A stretch of DNA of 64,000 nt, taken from assembly GCA_027593235.1 (NCBI GenBank), contig JAQCIU010000001.1:103132-167131 (forward strand), given 5' to 3'. How positions within the stretch are numbered: the stretch's first letter is position 1; every line of letters starts with the position of its first letter. Below the pieces are notes generated by a model. The model saw only the letters and a list, made by a program, of their open reading frames with translations. It ran no database searches and was not told where the DNA came from. The position numbers were made by a program, and so were the translations under genes. The stretch is from Chloroflexota bacterium (lineage in GTDB: Bacteria; Chloroflexota; Dehalococcoidia; UBA2979). Below, in pieces: positions 46,357-55,647 of the stretch.

Positions 46357-47520
46357 ATCTGCCGAATCGTCGCCATTCTGGTGCTTGCCGTGTGCGCGAC
46401 GCTGGCCGTGGTGGCGCTCGCGGCCTGTGGCGACGAGACGCCGGCCGAGCCGCCGGCGCTGCCGCCGCTGGAGCTGGCGCCGATCCTCGGAGGCCACGCC
46501 TACGCCGAACCGATCGAGGTAGGCGTCTACCCCGGCGATCGCCTGTTCGTGGCGGAACGCGGCGGGCGTGTGCTGCTGGTCAGCGAGGACGATCCGGACG
46601 GCGCGGTGCTCCTCGACATCACCGATCGCGCGGACTCCGACTTCGGCGAGGGCGTGCTGTCGGTCGCCCTCGATCCCGCCTTCGAGGTCAACGGGTACCT
46701 CTGGGTCTACTACTTCGTCGATCCGAAGCCGGACCGGACGTTGCTGTCGCGGTTCACCGTGGTGGACGACGCAGCCGATCCGGCCAGCGAGCTGGTGGTG
46801 CTGGAATTACAGCAGCCGGGCTTCAACCAGAACGGCGGCGCGATTCGCTTCGGGCCCGCGGACGATCTCCTCTACCTGAGCCTGGGCGATGGCAGCGCCT
46901 CCACCGATCCGTTCGAGAACGGGCAGAACCTGGGCACGCTGCTGGGATCGGTGATCCGGATCGATGTGCGCGAGTCCTCGGAGGCCGCGCCGTACGCGGT
47001 GCCGCCGGACAACCCGTTCGTGGCTACCGAGGGCGCGCGCCCGGAGATCTGGGCCTACGGCCTGCGGAACCCCTGGCGGATGGCGTTCGACGCGGAAAGC
47101 GGCGAGTTGTGGCTGGGGGATGTGCAGGTCTCGTCGTCCGAGGAGGTCGATCGGGTGTCGCGCGGCGACAACCTGGGCTGGCCAATCATGGAGGGCTCCG
47201 GGTGCCTGTCGCAGGGCGGGTGCGATCCGACCGGCCTCGTGTTGCCTCGTACGACCTACCCGCACGGCGAGGGCCGCTGCGCCGTGATCGGTGGGGTCGT
47301 CTACCGCGGCGAGGCGATCGAGGCGTTGCGCGGCCGTTACCCCTTCGGCGAGTTCTGTCGCGGCGATATCTGGGCGATCGAGCGGGAGGGCGATGCGCCC
47401 GCCGAGACGCTGGCGGTGGTGGACGGCAACCCGGTCTCGTTCGGGACGGACGGCGATGGCGAAGTGCTGATATTGGAACTGCGCGGCGGCGTGATTTTCC
47501 GACTGCAACCCGCCGACTGA
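46357..47520 (+). CDS. PQQ-dependent (soluble) sugar dehydrogenase-like beta-propeller lipoprotein
   Basis: ...GVLSVALDPAF...HNGGAIRFGPDD-like ...QNGGAIRFGPADDLLY..., ...YGLRNPWRMAFD... Lipobox ...VVALAAC. Start uncertain: ATC 46357 with GGAG SD, GTG 46381/46390, or TTG 46204. Confidence 0.8.
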   Translation: MCRIVAILVLAVCATLAVVALAACGDETPAEPPALPPLELAPILGGHAYAEPIEVGVYPGDRLFVAERGGRVLLVSEDDPDGAVLLDITDRADSDFGEGVLSVALDPAFEVNGYLWVYYFVDPKPDRTLLSRFTVVDDAADPASELVVLELQQPGFNQNGGAIRFGPADDLLYLSLGDGSASTDPFENGQNLGTLLGSVIRIDVRESSEAAPYAVPPDNPFVATEGARPEIWAYGLRNPWRMAFDAESGELWLGDVQVSSSEEVDRVSRGDNLGWPIMEGSGCLSQGGCDPTGLVLPRTTYPHGEGRCAVIGGVVYRGEAIEALRGRYPFGEFCRGDIWAIEREGDAPAETLAVVDGNPVSFGTDGDGEVLILELRGGVIFRLQPAD

Positions 47521-47659
47521 TCCTGATTCGCGATTTTTGTTGGCGAGCCACACGGGGTCCGGGGGCGATCCGGCTGTGTCCATTGCCGCTACTCGGACGC
47601 CTCGCTACCGTCGGCTGAGCGCCGCGCCCACCCACGCGTGCCAGGGTTCGAGGCCAATC

Positions 47660-48343
47660 GTGCACTCGCCACTTCCGCCCGCCCCATTCCGGACGATCCT
47701 CCTCGGGCTGTTGATCGCCCTCGGTGGACTCGCGCTTGCGTGCGGTGGGTCGGACGGCGAGCCGACGGCGCCAGCGCTGACCGCCGAGGAGCAGGTGGTC
47801 GCGGACCTCGGGCTGGCCGGTTCGGCGTTCCCGGTGGCGCTCGCGAAGCCCGACTTTGTACTGACGAACGCGGCGACCGGCGCGCCATACGACTTCCGCG
47901 CGGAGACGGCGGGGCAGGTCACGTTGCTCTACTTCGGCTACACGAACTGCCCGGACGTCTGCCCGGTGCACATGGCGAACATCGCCGCCGCACTCGATCA
48001 GGCCCCATTCGAGGTGCGCGACGCGGTCCGCGTGGTTTTCGTTGGCGTCGACGCACCTCGCGACAGCGCGGAGCGGGTCCGCGACTGGCTGGACTTCTTC
48101 GATCGCGACTTCATCGGGCTCACCGGCACCGAGGAGGAACTGGCCGCGGCGCAGACGGCGGCGCAGGTGCCGGTGGCGTTCATCGACAGCGAGTTCGACG
48201 GGGGCTATACCGTCGCGCACGCCGGGTGGATCTTCCTCTACACGCGGGACAACCTGGCACACCTCCGCTACCCGAGCGGGATCCGCCAGGCCGCCTGGGC
48301 GCACGACCTGGAATTGCTGACGACCGAGGGATGGCCATCGTGA
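47660..48343 (+). CDS. SCO1/SenC-family copper chaperone (thioredoxin fold)
   Basis: ...LLYFGYTNCPDVCP... CxxxC motif and lipobox ...GGLALAC. GTG start at 47660 chosen. Confidence 0.88.
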   Translation: MHSPLPPAPFRTILLGLLIALGGLALACGGSDGEPTAPALTAEEQVVADLGLAGSAFPVALAKPDFVLTNAATGAPYDFRAETAGQVTLLYFGYTNCPDVCPVHMANIAAALDQAPFEVRDAVRVVFVGVDAPRDSAERVRDWLDFFDRDFIGLTGTEEELAAAQTAAQVPVAFIDSEFDGGYTVAHAGWIFLYTRDNLAHLRYPSGIRQAAWAHDLELLTTEGWPS

Positions 48344-48876
48344 TGCCACGCCGCAGTTCGCTGTTGGTCCCGCTGGCGCTGCTGATCGCCGCGCTGGTCG
48401 CCTCGGGCTGCTCGGGGGATGACGATGGCGCCGCCGCCGACGCCACCGTCGCGCGCGGCGCCGTGCTGGCGGAGACCGCCAACCTCGCGATCTACGACGC
48501 GTTCATCCCGGTTCCGGCGACGGATATCGGCGCGCTCTACTTCGAGATGGTGGACACGGACGGTGGTGGCGACCGGCTACTCGGGGTGACGACCACCGTC
48601 GCCGTGATGACCCACTTCCATTCGACCGTGATCGACGGAGACACCTCGCGCATGCTGCCGGTCGCCGGCGGCATCGTGCTGCCACCGGACGGTGCGACGA
48701 AGCTTGCGCCGGGTGGGCTGCACGTGATGCTGATGAACCTCGTCACCCCGCTCACCGCCGGCGACACCGTCCAGGTGACGCTCCAGTTCGAACGCGCCGG
48801 CGCGGTGACGATCGAGGTGCCGGTGCTGCGCTATGAGGACACCGGCATCCTCGGCGGATCGGGCGCCGGGTCGTGA
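48331..48876 (+). CDS. Copper chaperone PCu(A)C (DUF461)
   Basis: Lipobox ...LVASGC. ...MTHFH... and ...GGLHVMLMNL... Cu(I)-binding His/Met motifs. Confidence 0.88.
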   Translation: MAIVMPRRSSLLVPLALLIAALVASGCSGDDDGAAADATVARGAVLAETANLAIYDAFIPVPATDIGALYFEMVDTDGGGDRLLGVTTTVAVMTHFHSTVIDGDTSRMLPVAGGIVLPPDGATKLAPGGLHVMLMNLVTPLTAGDTVQVTLQFERAGAVTIEVPVLRYEDTGILGGSGAGS

Positions 48877-48922
48877 TCACGCTACGCGCGCTGAGCGAAC
48901 GGCGTTGCGGACTGGCGCGCCG

Positions 48923-49759
48923 ATGAACGTCGGCTGGTGGTGCTCGGCGCAGAAGGGCCCGTGGTCCTGGGCGCCGCAATACTTCCCGGGCATCTGGTTG
49001 ACGATGCTCGCGATCCTCGTGGGCTACGTGTACGCGATCCGTCGCATCGGGCCCTCGAAGGTGGCGGCGGGCGAGCCGGTGGTGACGCGATCGCAGGTGC
49101 TGTCGTTCGCCGTGGGGTACGTGCTGCTCTGGATCGCGACGGACTGGCCGCTGGGCGTGTTGGGCGCGGGGTACCTGCTGACCGTGCACACGATCCAGTA
49201 CGTGATGTACTCGCTGATCGTCGCGCCGCTGCTGATCCGAGGCACGCCAATCTGGCTACGCCACGTGGTGCTGGACGCGCCGGGCCTCGGCTGGGCGCGG
49301 GCCCTCGTGGACCGGCCATTCGCGGCCTTCATCCTGTTCAACGTCACGCTCGCGCTGACGCACATGCCGTTCATCGCGGACCGGCTCAAACCGATCCAGT
49401 TCGGCTCGATGGCGATCGACGCGCTCTGGCTGGTCGCGGCGCTGATCTTCTGGTTGGCCCTCGGCACCTTCGACGAGCGCGAGGGCGCCTCGTCGGCGCA
49501 CGCGAAGCGGCTGCTCTACGTCATTGGCATCACGCTGCTGCCGACGATCCCAGGCGCGTTCTATGTCTACGCCGAGTTCCCGATCTACACGACGTTCGAG
49601 TTTGCGACGCGCGCGGTGGGCGATCTGACGGCGAAGGAAGATCAGGTGATCGCGGGCCTGGTGATGTGGGTCGGGATGACACCGATCCTGCTCTTCCGCC
49701 TGTGGCTGGCTTTCTTCGATTGGTCCGCAGCCGAATCAAACCGCGCCGGCGAAGTCTGA
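48923..49759 (+). CDS. ctaG: Cytochrome c oxidase assembly factor CtaG (caa3-type)
   Basis: 278 aa, about 7 TM. MNVGWWCSAQKGPWSWAPQYFPGIW... Intact paralogue of 12782..13965. Confidence 0.85.
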   Translation: MNVGWWCSAQKGPWSWAPQYFPGIWLTMLAILVGYVYAIRRIGPSKVAAGEPVVTRSQVLSFAVGYVLLWIATDWPLGVLGAGYLLTVHTIQYVMYSLIVAPLLIRGTPIWLRHVVLDAPGLGWARALVDRPFAAFILFNVTLALTHMPFIADRLKPIQFGSMAIDALWLVAALIFWLALGTFDEREGASSAHAKRLLYVIGITLLPTIPGAFYVYAEFPIYTTFEFATRAVGDLTAKEDQVIAGLVMWVGMTPILLFRLWLAFFDWSAAESNRAGEV

Positions 49760-49884
49760 CCCGCGGCTTCTACGGCGCCTTCGGCGCGTGACGACCCTTC
49801 GGGGGCGTGCCGACGTGGCTCGGCGGTTGCTTCGGGCCTCGAGGGCTGCTTGCTCGTTCGGAGCGGAGCGCGGGAGCGCGGCTC

Positions 49885-50589
49885 CTAGACCAACTCGTGC
49901 TGGGCGGAGACGGCCATCAGGTCGACCTTCGCGCGGAACTCGTCGACGTCGAGGCTCATGATCTGGAGATCGTGGAGCTGGCCGTCGCGATCGATGAGCT
50001 GGTTGCGGAGGCGTGCTTCGCGTTCGAAGCCGATGTGGCCAAAGACGCGCATCGCCGCCTGCTGGTCGGTGGTCATCTGCGCGATCATCTTGCGCACGCC
50101 ACGCTCGCGGGCGAAGGCGAATGCCTGCTCGATCAGCAAGCGGCCGAGCTGCTGTCCGCGCATCCGAGGGCTGACGAGGATCCGCAGCTCCGCGACGTGG
50201 CGCGTCCAGGCGAGGCCGTCCGACGCCACCGTGGCGTAGCCGACGATCTCATTGTCCTTGAGCGCGAGGATCGTGAGGTAGCGCGCCGCGGCGATGTCGG
50301 CTACCCAGTCGTCGACGACTTCGGGCTGCGTGATGTCACGGCGCAGGAAGAGCAGATCGTGGGGCGGCAGGCTGTTCGCGAAGACGAGCATCGCCTCGCG
50401 GTCGCGGGACTCCATCGGACGGAGACTGATCGGGCCACCGCTCAGTTCGACCGTGGCGGGAAACTCGAACGGCTCCAGCCGTTGCGCGGCAGCCTGGTTC
50501 GCGACGCGCCAGCTCCGGCCAGCGAGTAGTGACATCAACGTGTCGCCGAATCCCATCAGGGTGCCTCCCGCGTCATCGCGCTTATGCAT
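49885..50589 (-). CDS. GNAT family N-acetyltransferase
   Basis: ...LRILVSPRMRGQQLGRLLIEQAFAFARERG... motif A. The start could be one of several downstream ATGs. Confidence 0.85.
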   Translation of the reverse strand: MHKRDDAGGTLMGFGDTLMSLLAGRSWRVANQAAAQRLEPFEFPATVELSGGPISLRPMESRDREAMLVFANSLPPHDLLFLRRDITQPEVVDDWVADIAAARYLTILALKDNEIVGYATVASDGLAWTRHVAELRILVSPRMRGQQLGRLLIEQAFAFARERGVRKMIAQMTTDQQAAMRVFGHIGFEREARLRNQLIDRDGQLHDLQIMSLDVDEFRAKVDLMAVSAQHELV

Positions 50590-50686
50590 TCAGTATGCGG
50601 GTCGGGGGGACGCGACTCGTGCCGGGGTTCACGAGCCGCCGTGCGTCGCTCACCGGCGTCTGACGGCCTCGGAACCGCCGATCGCG

Positions 50687-51595
50687 CTAACCCTGACTGC
50701 GCAGGAACGCGCCGATCTCGAGGATCGCGGCGCGGCTCTCCGGAAGTTCGGGATCGAGCTGCGGGTAGATGTGGATGCCGCCGGGCTCGACCGTGACCGT
50801 GGTGCGAACGCCGGCCGCGCGCGCCTTGTCGGCGAACTCCAGCGTGTCGTCGAGCAGCACCTCGTGATCGGCAACCACCAGGTGGATCGGCGGGAAGCCG
50901 GCGAGGTCACCGAACAGCGGCGACGCGAGTGGCTGCTTCAGATCGGCGTCGCCCATGTACTGCGTCTGGAACCCGGCCAGCAGCGCCGGATCAACGAACA
51001 ACGGATCGATCCCGTGGCGTGACTGGCGCGAGGGGCGGGTGTTGCTGACGTCGGTCCAGGCGGAGATGGAGAAAGCGGCACTCGGCGCCGGCGCTCCGGA
51101 GTCGCGCGCGTTGAGCACCGTGGCGAAGGTGAGGCCGCCACCCGCGGAGTCGCCGCCGATGAAGGAGGCGCTGGCGGCGGACGCGCCGTCCGGGCCGTTC
51201 GTGAGCATCCAGCGGTAAGCGGCGAGCGCGTCATCGACGGCCGCCGGGAAGGGGTGTTCCGGCGCGAGCCGGTAATCGAGGACCAGCGCGGCGCAGCCGG
51301 AGGCGCGGGAGATGTCCGCGGCAAGCCGGCGATGGGTGAGCGCGGAGAGCAGCACGTAGCCGCCACCGTGGAGGTAGAGGATGCGCCGTGCCGGGTCGGC
51401 GCCCGGCGCGACGACCCAGTCGGCGGGGACGCCGCCGGCATCCACGTGGGTGACCGTTACATCCTCGGGAGCCGGGCGCGCCATCGAGTCCGCGCCGGCA
51501 CGCATCGTTGCGAGGTCCGGGCGCGGCTGATCGGCGGCAGCCGCCATTTGCTCGGCGCGCGTCTTGAGGAACGCCTGCATTGCTGGTGAGTTCAT
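50687..51595 (-). CDS. Alpha/beta hydrolase (hormone-sensitive-lipase-type esterase)
   Basis: HGGGY oxyanion motif and GDSAGG nucleophile elbow. Confidence 0.92.
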   Translation of the reverse strand: MNSPAMQAFLKTRAEQMAAAADQPRPDLATMRAGADSMARPAPEDVTVTHVDAGGVPADWVVAPGADPARRILYLHGGGYVLLSALTHRRLAADISRASGCAALVLDYRLAPEHPFPAAVDDALAAYRWMLTNGPDGASAASASFIGGDSAGGGLTFATVLNARDSGAPAPSAAFSISAWTDVSNTRPSRQSRHGIDPLFVDPALLAGFQTQYMGDADLKQPLASPLFGDLAGFPPIHLVVADHEVLLDDTLEFADKARAAGVRTTVTVEPGGIHIYPQLDPELPESRAAILEIGAFLRSQG

Positions 51596-51695
51596 CCGTC
51601 GGGCCTCCTCAGGCGATGCGATGTGAGCGATGCGCGTGCGTGTCCGGCACGTCCGGTAGTGTGACGAGCGTGATTCTGGCAGACCCGCCGGGATC

Positions 51696-52130
51696 GTGGG
51701 AACGGCGATTGGGGCGATTGTGGGCGATCCGGTGGCTTCCGAGGTGGTGGCAGGCGACTTCCTGGGCCTGATCGGCCTCGTGCCTCGTATCGAGGACGGC
51801 GCCCGCGTCTACGAGATCGCGGTCACCTCGGCGCTGATGAACCCCTACGGCGTGCTGCATGGCGGCGTGGTGTACTCGCTGGCGGACACCAGCATGGGCG
51901 GGGCGCTCTCGCCGGAACTGGCGCCGAACGAACGCACCGCGACGATCGAGATCACCATCCACTACCTGGCTCCCGTCCGCGCCGGCACGATCCGCGCGGA
52001 GACGAAGGTGGTGCAACGCGGTCGCCGCGTCGCCACGCTGGAGTCCGACGTGCACAACGTCACCCCCGATGGTGAGAGCCGGCTGGTCGCGAAGGCCCTC
52101 GGTTCGTTCGCGATCTTCGAGGTCAAATAG
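51696..52130 (+). CDS. PaaI-family hotdog thioesterase
   Basis: ...NPYGVLHGGVVYSLADTSMG... Confidence 0.88.
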   Translation: MGTAIGAIVGDPVASEVVAGDFLGLIGLVPRIEDGARVYEIAVTSALMNPYGVLHGGVVYSLADTSMGGALSPELAPNERTATIEITIHYLAPVRAGTIRAETKVVQRGRRVATLESDVHNVTPDGESRLVAKALGSFAIFEVK

Positions 52131-52133
52131 ACG

Positions 52134-53621
52134 ATGTTCGATCACGAGCGCGCGCTCCTCGCGATTGACCTCGGCACGACGCGGGTCAAGGTCGCCGCGT
52201 TCTCCGAGGATGGGCGGCTGCTGGGCCGCGAGGCGGCGCGCAACCGCGAGCACCGGCTGCGCGAGGGCGACAGCGACCGCGCCTGGCAGGATCCGGACGA
52301 GTGGTGGAGTGACGCCGTCGCGCTGACCCGCCGCCTGCTCGCGCGCCCGGAACTGGACGGGTTGGAGATCGCGGGCATCGGCCTGTCGGCACGCGCCAAC
52401 GGCTTCGCCGCGATCGACGCGGACGGCACGGTGCTCGCACCATCGTGGTCGGACGGGCGGCATCTCGATCAGATTCGCCTGCTGCACGAATGGCGTGCCA
52501 GCGGCTATCACCTCTCGAACTACGCCGCCGGCCTGATCGCGCGCTGGCGCTGGCTGGAGCAGAACGAGCCGGCGGTCGCCGAGCGCACCACCCGGCTGCT
52601 CTACGCCAAGGACTTCCTCGTCTACCGGCTGACCGGCGAGGCGGTGACCGACCCGACCTCCGGCCCGGATCGCGAGGACTTCGATCCGCGTTCGATCGCC
52701 GGGTTGGGGCTGCCGCGCGATCTGCTGCCGCGGGTGGCGATGCCGTGGACGCTCGCCGGCGCGCTGACCAGCGAGGCCGCGATCGCCCTCGGGCTTCCCG
52801 TCGGGACGCCGGTGTCGGTTGGCGGGCACGACGGAATCTGCGCCAACGTCGGCGCGGCGGCGGGCACCGTGGGCGCGTATGCGATCACCATCGGCACGCA
52901 CGCCGTGGTGCGCGCCGTGACGGCGGATCTCGTGCCGGACGGATACCGCTTCTACGGGCTGCCGCCTGATCGCCACATCTACGGCGGCAACGCGGTGATG
53001 GCAGGGCGCGCGGCGGACTGGTTCCTCGATACCTGGCTCGGGAACCCGGACGACGCCGGCCGCGAGGACGCCTTCGCGGCGATGGACGCGGCCGCGATGG
53101 GCGTTCCGCCCGGTTCCGAGGGAGTGCGCTTCCTCCCCTTCCTCGCCGGGCAGGTCGCACCGGAGCTGCGCCCGGGCGCCAGCGGCGCCTTCATTGGCCT
53201 CCACGGATCGCACGGCCGCGCCGAGATGTTCCGCGCGGTCCTGGAAGGCGGCGCGTTCGCGATTCGCGCGATCTTCGAGCAGGTCCTCGAATGGGGCGGC
53301 GAGCCCTCGGTGGTGCGGTTCACGGGGAGCGGCGCGACCAGCCCGCTCTGGCCGCAGATCATCGTGGACACGCTGCGGCACCCGGTCGAAGCGACCGATG
53401 GCGCGGTCGAGGCCCGCGGCGCGGCGATGTATGCGGCGGTCGCCCTCGAGATGTACGCCGACATCGATGAGGCGGCGCAGGCGATGGTGCAGGTGTCGCG
53501 CGTGGTCACGCCCGACACCGCGCGCGCCGATCGCTATGACGCGCTCTACGGCGACTGGCAGCAGGTGAACGAGGCGCTGCGCCCGCTCGATCAGCGTGAG
53601 CGGATGACGGGGCACCTCTAG
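52134..53621 (+). CDS. FGGY-family carbohydrate kinase
   Basis: ...LLAIDLGTTRVKVAAF... and ...GGHDGICANVGAG-like ...VGGHDGICANVGAA... Confidence 0.9.
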   Translation: MFDHERALLAIDLGTTRVKVAAFSEDGRLLGREAARNREHRLREGDSDRAWQDPDEWWSDAVALTRRLLARPELDGLEIAGIGLSARANGFAAIDADGTVLAPSWSDGRHLDQIRLLHEWRASGYHLSNYAAGLIARWRWLEQNEPAVAERTTRLLYAKDFLVYRLTGEAVTDPTSGPDREDFDPRSIAGLGLPRDLLPRVAMPWTLAGALTSEAAIALGLPVGTPVSVGGHDGICANVGAAAGTVGAYAITIGTHAVVRAVTADLVPDGYRFYGLPPDRHIYGGNAVMAGRAADWFLDTWLGNPDDAGREDAFAAMDAAAMGVPPGSEGVRFLPFLAGQVAPELRPGASGAFIGLHGSHGRAEMFRAVLEGGAFAIRAIFEQVLEWGGEPSVVRFTGSGATSPLWPQIIVDTLRHPVEATDGAVEARGAAMYAAVALEMYADIDEAAQAMVQVSRVVTPDTARADRYDALYGDWQQVNEALRPLDQRERMTGHL

Positions 53622-53657
53622 GCGAGCCGCACGCTCGAGGGAAGGACGACTTCAGAC

Positions 53658-54284
53658 ATGTCGATCGAGTTCCTGCTGACCTCGTTGATCGTCGTCGTGA
53701 TCCCCGGGACCGGCGTGCTGTACACCGTGTCGAGTGCCCTCGGTGGTGGCCTGCGCGTCGGCCTCTTCGCCGCAGTCGGTTGCACGCTCGGCATCGTGCC
53801 GCACCTGCTGGCGGCGATGCTCGGGCTCTCCGGGATCATGCAAGCGGGCGCCGCCGCCTTCGAGGTGCTGCGCTACGCCGGCGTCGCCTACCTGATCTAC
53901 ATGGGCATCTCGATGATCCGCGACCGCGGTGCATTCCAGTTCGACGGTCAGCCCGCTGACCGCGAGCGCGCACGCGGACCGATGCTCGCCGTGGTCCGGC
54001 GCGGGATTCTGCTCAACGTGCTCAACCCGAAGCTGACGATCTTCTTTTTCGCCTTCTTGCCGCAGTTCCTCGATCGCTCGGCCGGCCCGCTCGATCCGCG
54101 GCTGGTCGGTCTCGCAGGGGTGTTCATGGCGATGACGCTGGCGGTCTTCGCCGGGTACGCCTACGCGAGCGCCGCGGCGCGCGAGTTCGTCCTCGGCGCT
54201 CCCGCCGTTCGACGGTGGATCCAACGCTCACTCGGCGCGCTGCTGATCGGCTTCGCGGCAAAGCTTGCAACCACGGATCGGTAG
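53658..54284 (+). CDS. LysE-family amino-acid exporter
   Basis: ...IPGTGVLYTVSSAL... and ...LNPKLTIFFFAFLPQF... Confidence 0.9.
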   Translation: MSIEFLLTSLIVVVIPGTGVLYTVSSALGGGLRVGLFAAVGCTLGIVPHLLAAMLGLSGIMQAGAAAFEVLRYAGVAYLIYMGISMIRDRGAFQFDGQPADRERARGPMLAVVRRGILLNVLNPKLTIFFFAFLPQFLDRSAGPLDPRLVGLAGVFMAMTLAVFAGYAYASAAAREFVLGAPAVRRWIQRSLGALLIGFAAKLATTDR

Positions 54285-54293
54285 GACGCTCCG

Positions 54294-55439
54294 ATGACCA
54301 CCACACTGATCGAGGGCGGCACGCTGATCGACGTCGCCACCGGCACGAGCGCCCTCGGTGACGTGCTGATCCGCGACGGCGTGGTCGTCGGCCTCGGCGC
54401 GGTCGATGCCACCGCGGTGGACACGCGCTTCGATGCCGGCGGGATGTACGTGTCGCCCGGCTGGATCGATGGCCACAGCCGCGGCTGGAGCGGCAACCGC
54501 ACGCGAGAGCAGAACCTGCGCGCCGACCAGTTCGGCGTGGATCAGGGCGTGGTCGCGATCGTCGAAGCCGGATCGATGGGTGCGCCGACCGCCGACGAGT
54601 TCCCCGCCGGAATGATCGAGGGCGCGTCGACGAAGGTGTTCGGCGCGATCAACATCGGATCCAGCGGCGCGCCGGGCCTCGAGGGCGGCCACTCATCGAG
54701 GTGGGAGTACGTTTCGCTGGAGCAGACCGTCGCCGCGGTGGAGCTCCACCGCGACTGGATGCGCGGCATCAAGGTGCAGGCGTCCTCATCGCACACCGGC
54801 CTGCTCGGCCTCGAAGCGGTGAAGATCGCGCGCAAGGCGGCGGAGCTGACCGGGCTGCCGCTGATGGCGCACATCGGCAACGCACCCCCGCTGCTGGAGG
54901 ACGTGCTCGCGCTGCTGCGCCGCGGCGACATCGTCACGCACACGTACCACGGCAAAGTCGGCGGCATCCTCGAGCGTGACGGGACGCCGATCCGCGCCTT
55001 CCTCGAAGCCGTCGAGCGCGGTGTGATCGTGGCGACGAGCCACGGGCGAGCGTCGTACTCGTTCGCGGTGGCGGAGCGCGCGGTGAAGGAACTGGGCCTG
55101 CCGCTGGACATCATCTCCACCGACATGCACCCCGGGAACATCGAGCACTACTCGCGCTCGATCGCCCACAACCTGACCAAGGCGCTGATGCTCGGCCTCT
55201 CGATTGAGCAGGTCGTCCAGGCCGTCACCATCAACCCCGCGCGCGCCTGGCGCCTCGATGCCGATGGCCTCGGCAGCCTCGCCGTCGGCCGGCCGGCGCA
55301 TGTCACCGTCTTCCGCGTCAACGACGAACCACTCGAGGTGACGGACACCCTCGACGAGGTGCGCACCGCGCCGCGCTGGGTAGAACCGGTCGCCGCCTGG
55401 GTCGACGGCCGCCGCTTCGATCGCACGGCGCCGATCTAG
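54294..55439 (+). CDS. Amidohydrolase/deacetylase-family metallohydrolase
   Basis: MTTTLIEGGTLIDVATG...MYVSPGWIDGHS... The family commonly neighbours SelA-like/DgaE lyases. Confidence 0.8.
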   Translation: MTTTLIEGGTLIDVATGTSALGDVLIRDGVVVGLGAVDATAVDTRFDAGGMYVSPGWIDGHSRGWSGNRTREQNLRADQFGVDQGVVAIVEAGSMGAPTADEFPAGMIEGASTKVFGAINIGSSGAPGLEGGHSSRWEYVSLEQTVAAVELHRDWMRGIKVQASSSHTGLLGLEAVKIARKAAELTGLPLMAHIGNAPPLLEDVLALLRRGDIVTHTYHGKVGGILERDGTPIRAFLEAVERGVIVATSHGRASYSFAVAERAVKELGLPLDIISTDMHPGNIEHYSRSIAHNLTKALMLGLSIEQVVQAVTINPARAWRLDADGLGSLAVGRPAHVTVFRVNDEPLEVTDTLDEVRTAPRWVEPVAAWVDGRRFDRTAPI

Positions 55440-55647
55440 GGGTCGCCGGCGGCGCTCCGCCCTCGAGGCGCGTGCCCCGATCCGATCACGGACGATCTAC
55501 ACTCCGCTCGCTCCGCGCATCGAGCGGACCGTCCTCGTTCCCGTCGCGCTCGTGCGTTGCACCCGACGATCTCCGGCCTCTGGTCACCGCCGCCGGTCGT
55601 CGTGATCGAGGTGACCGAGCGTCGCAATCCTCGGAGGGAGGTGCGTC

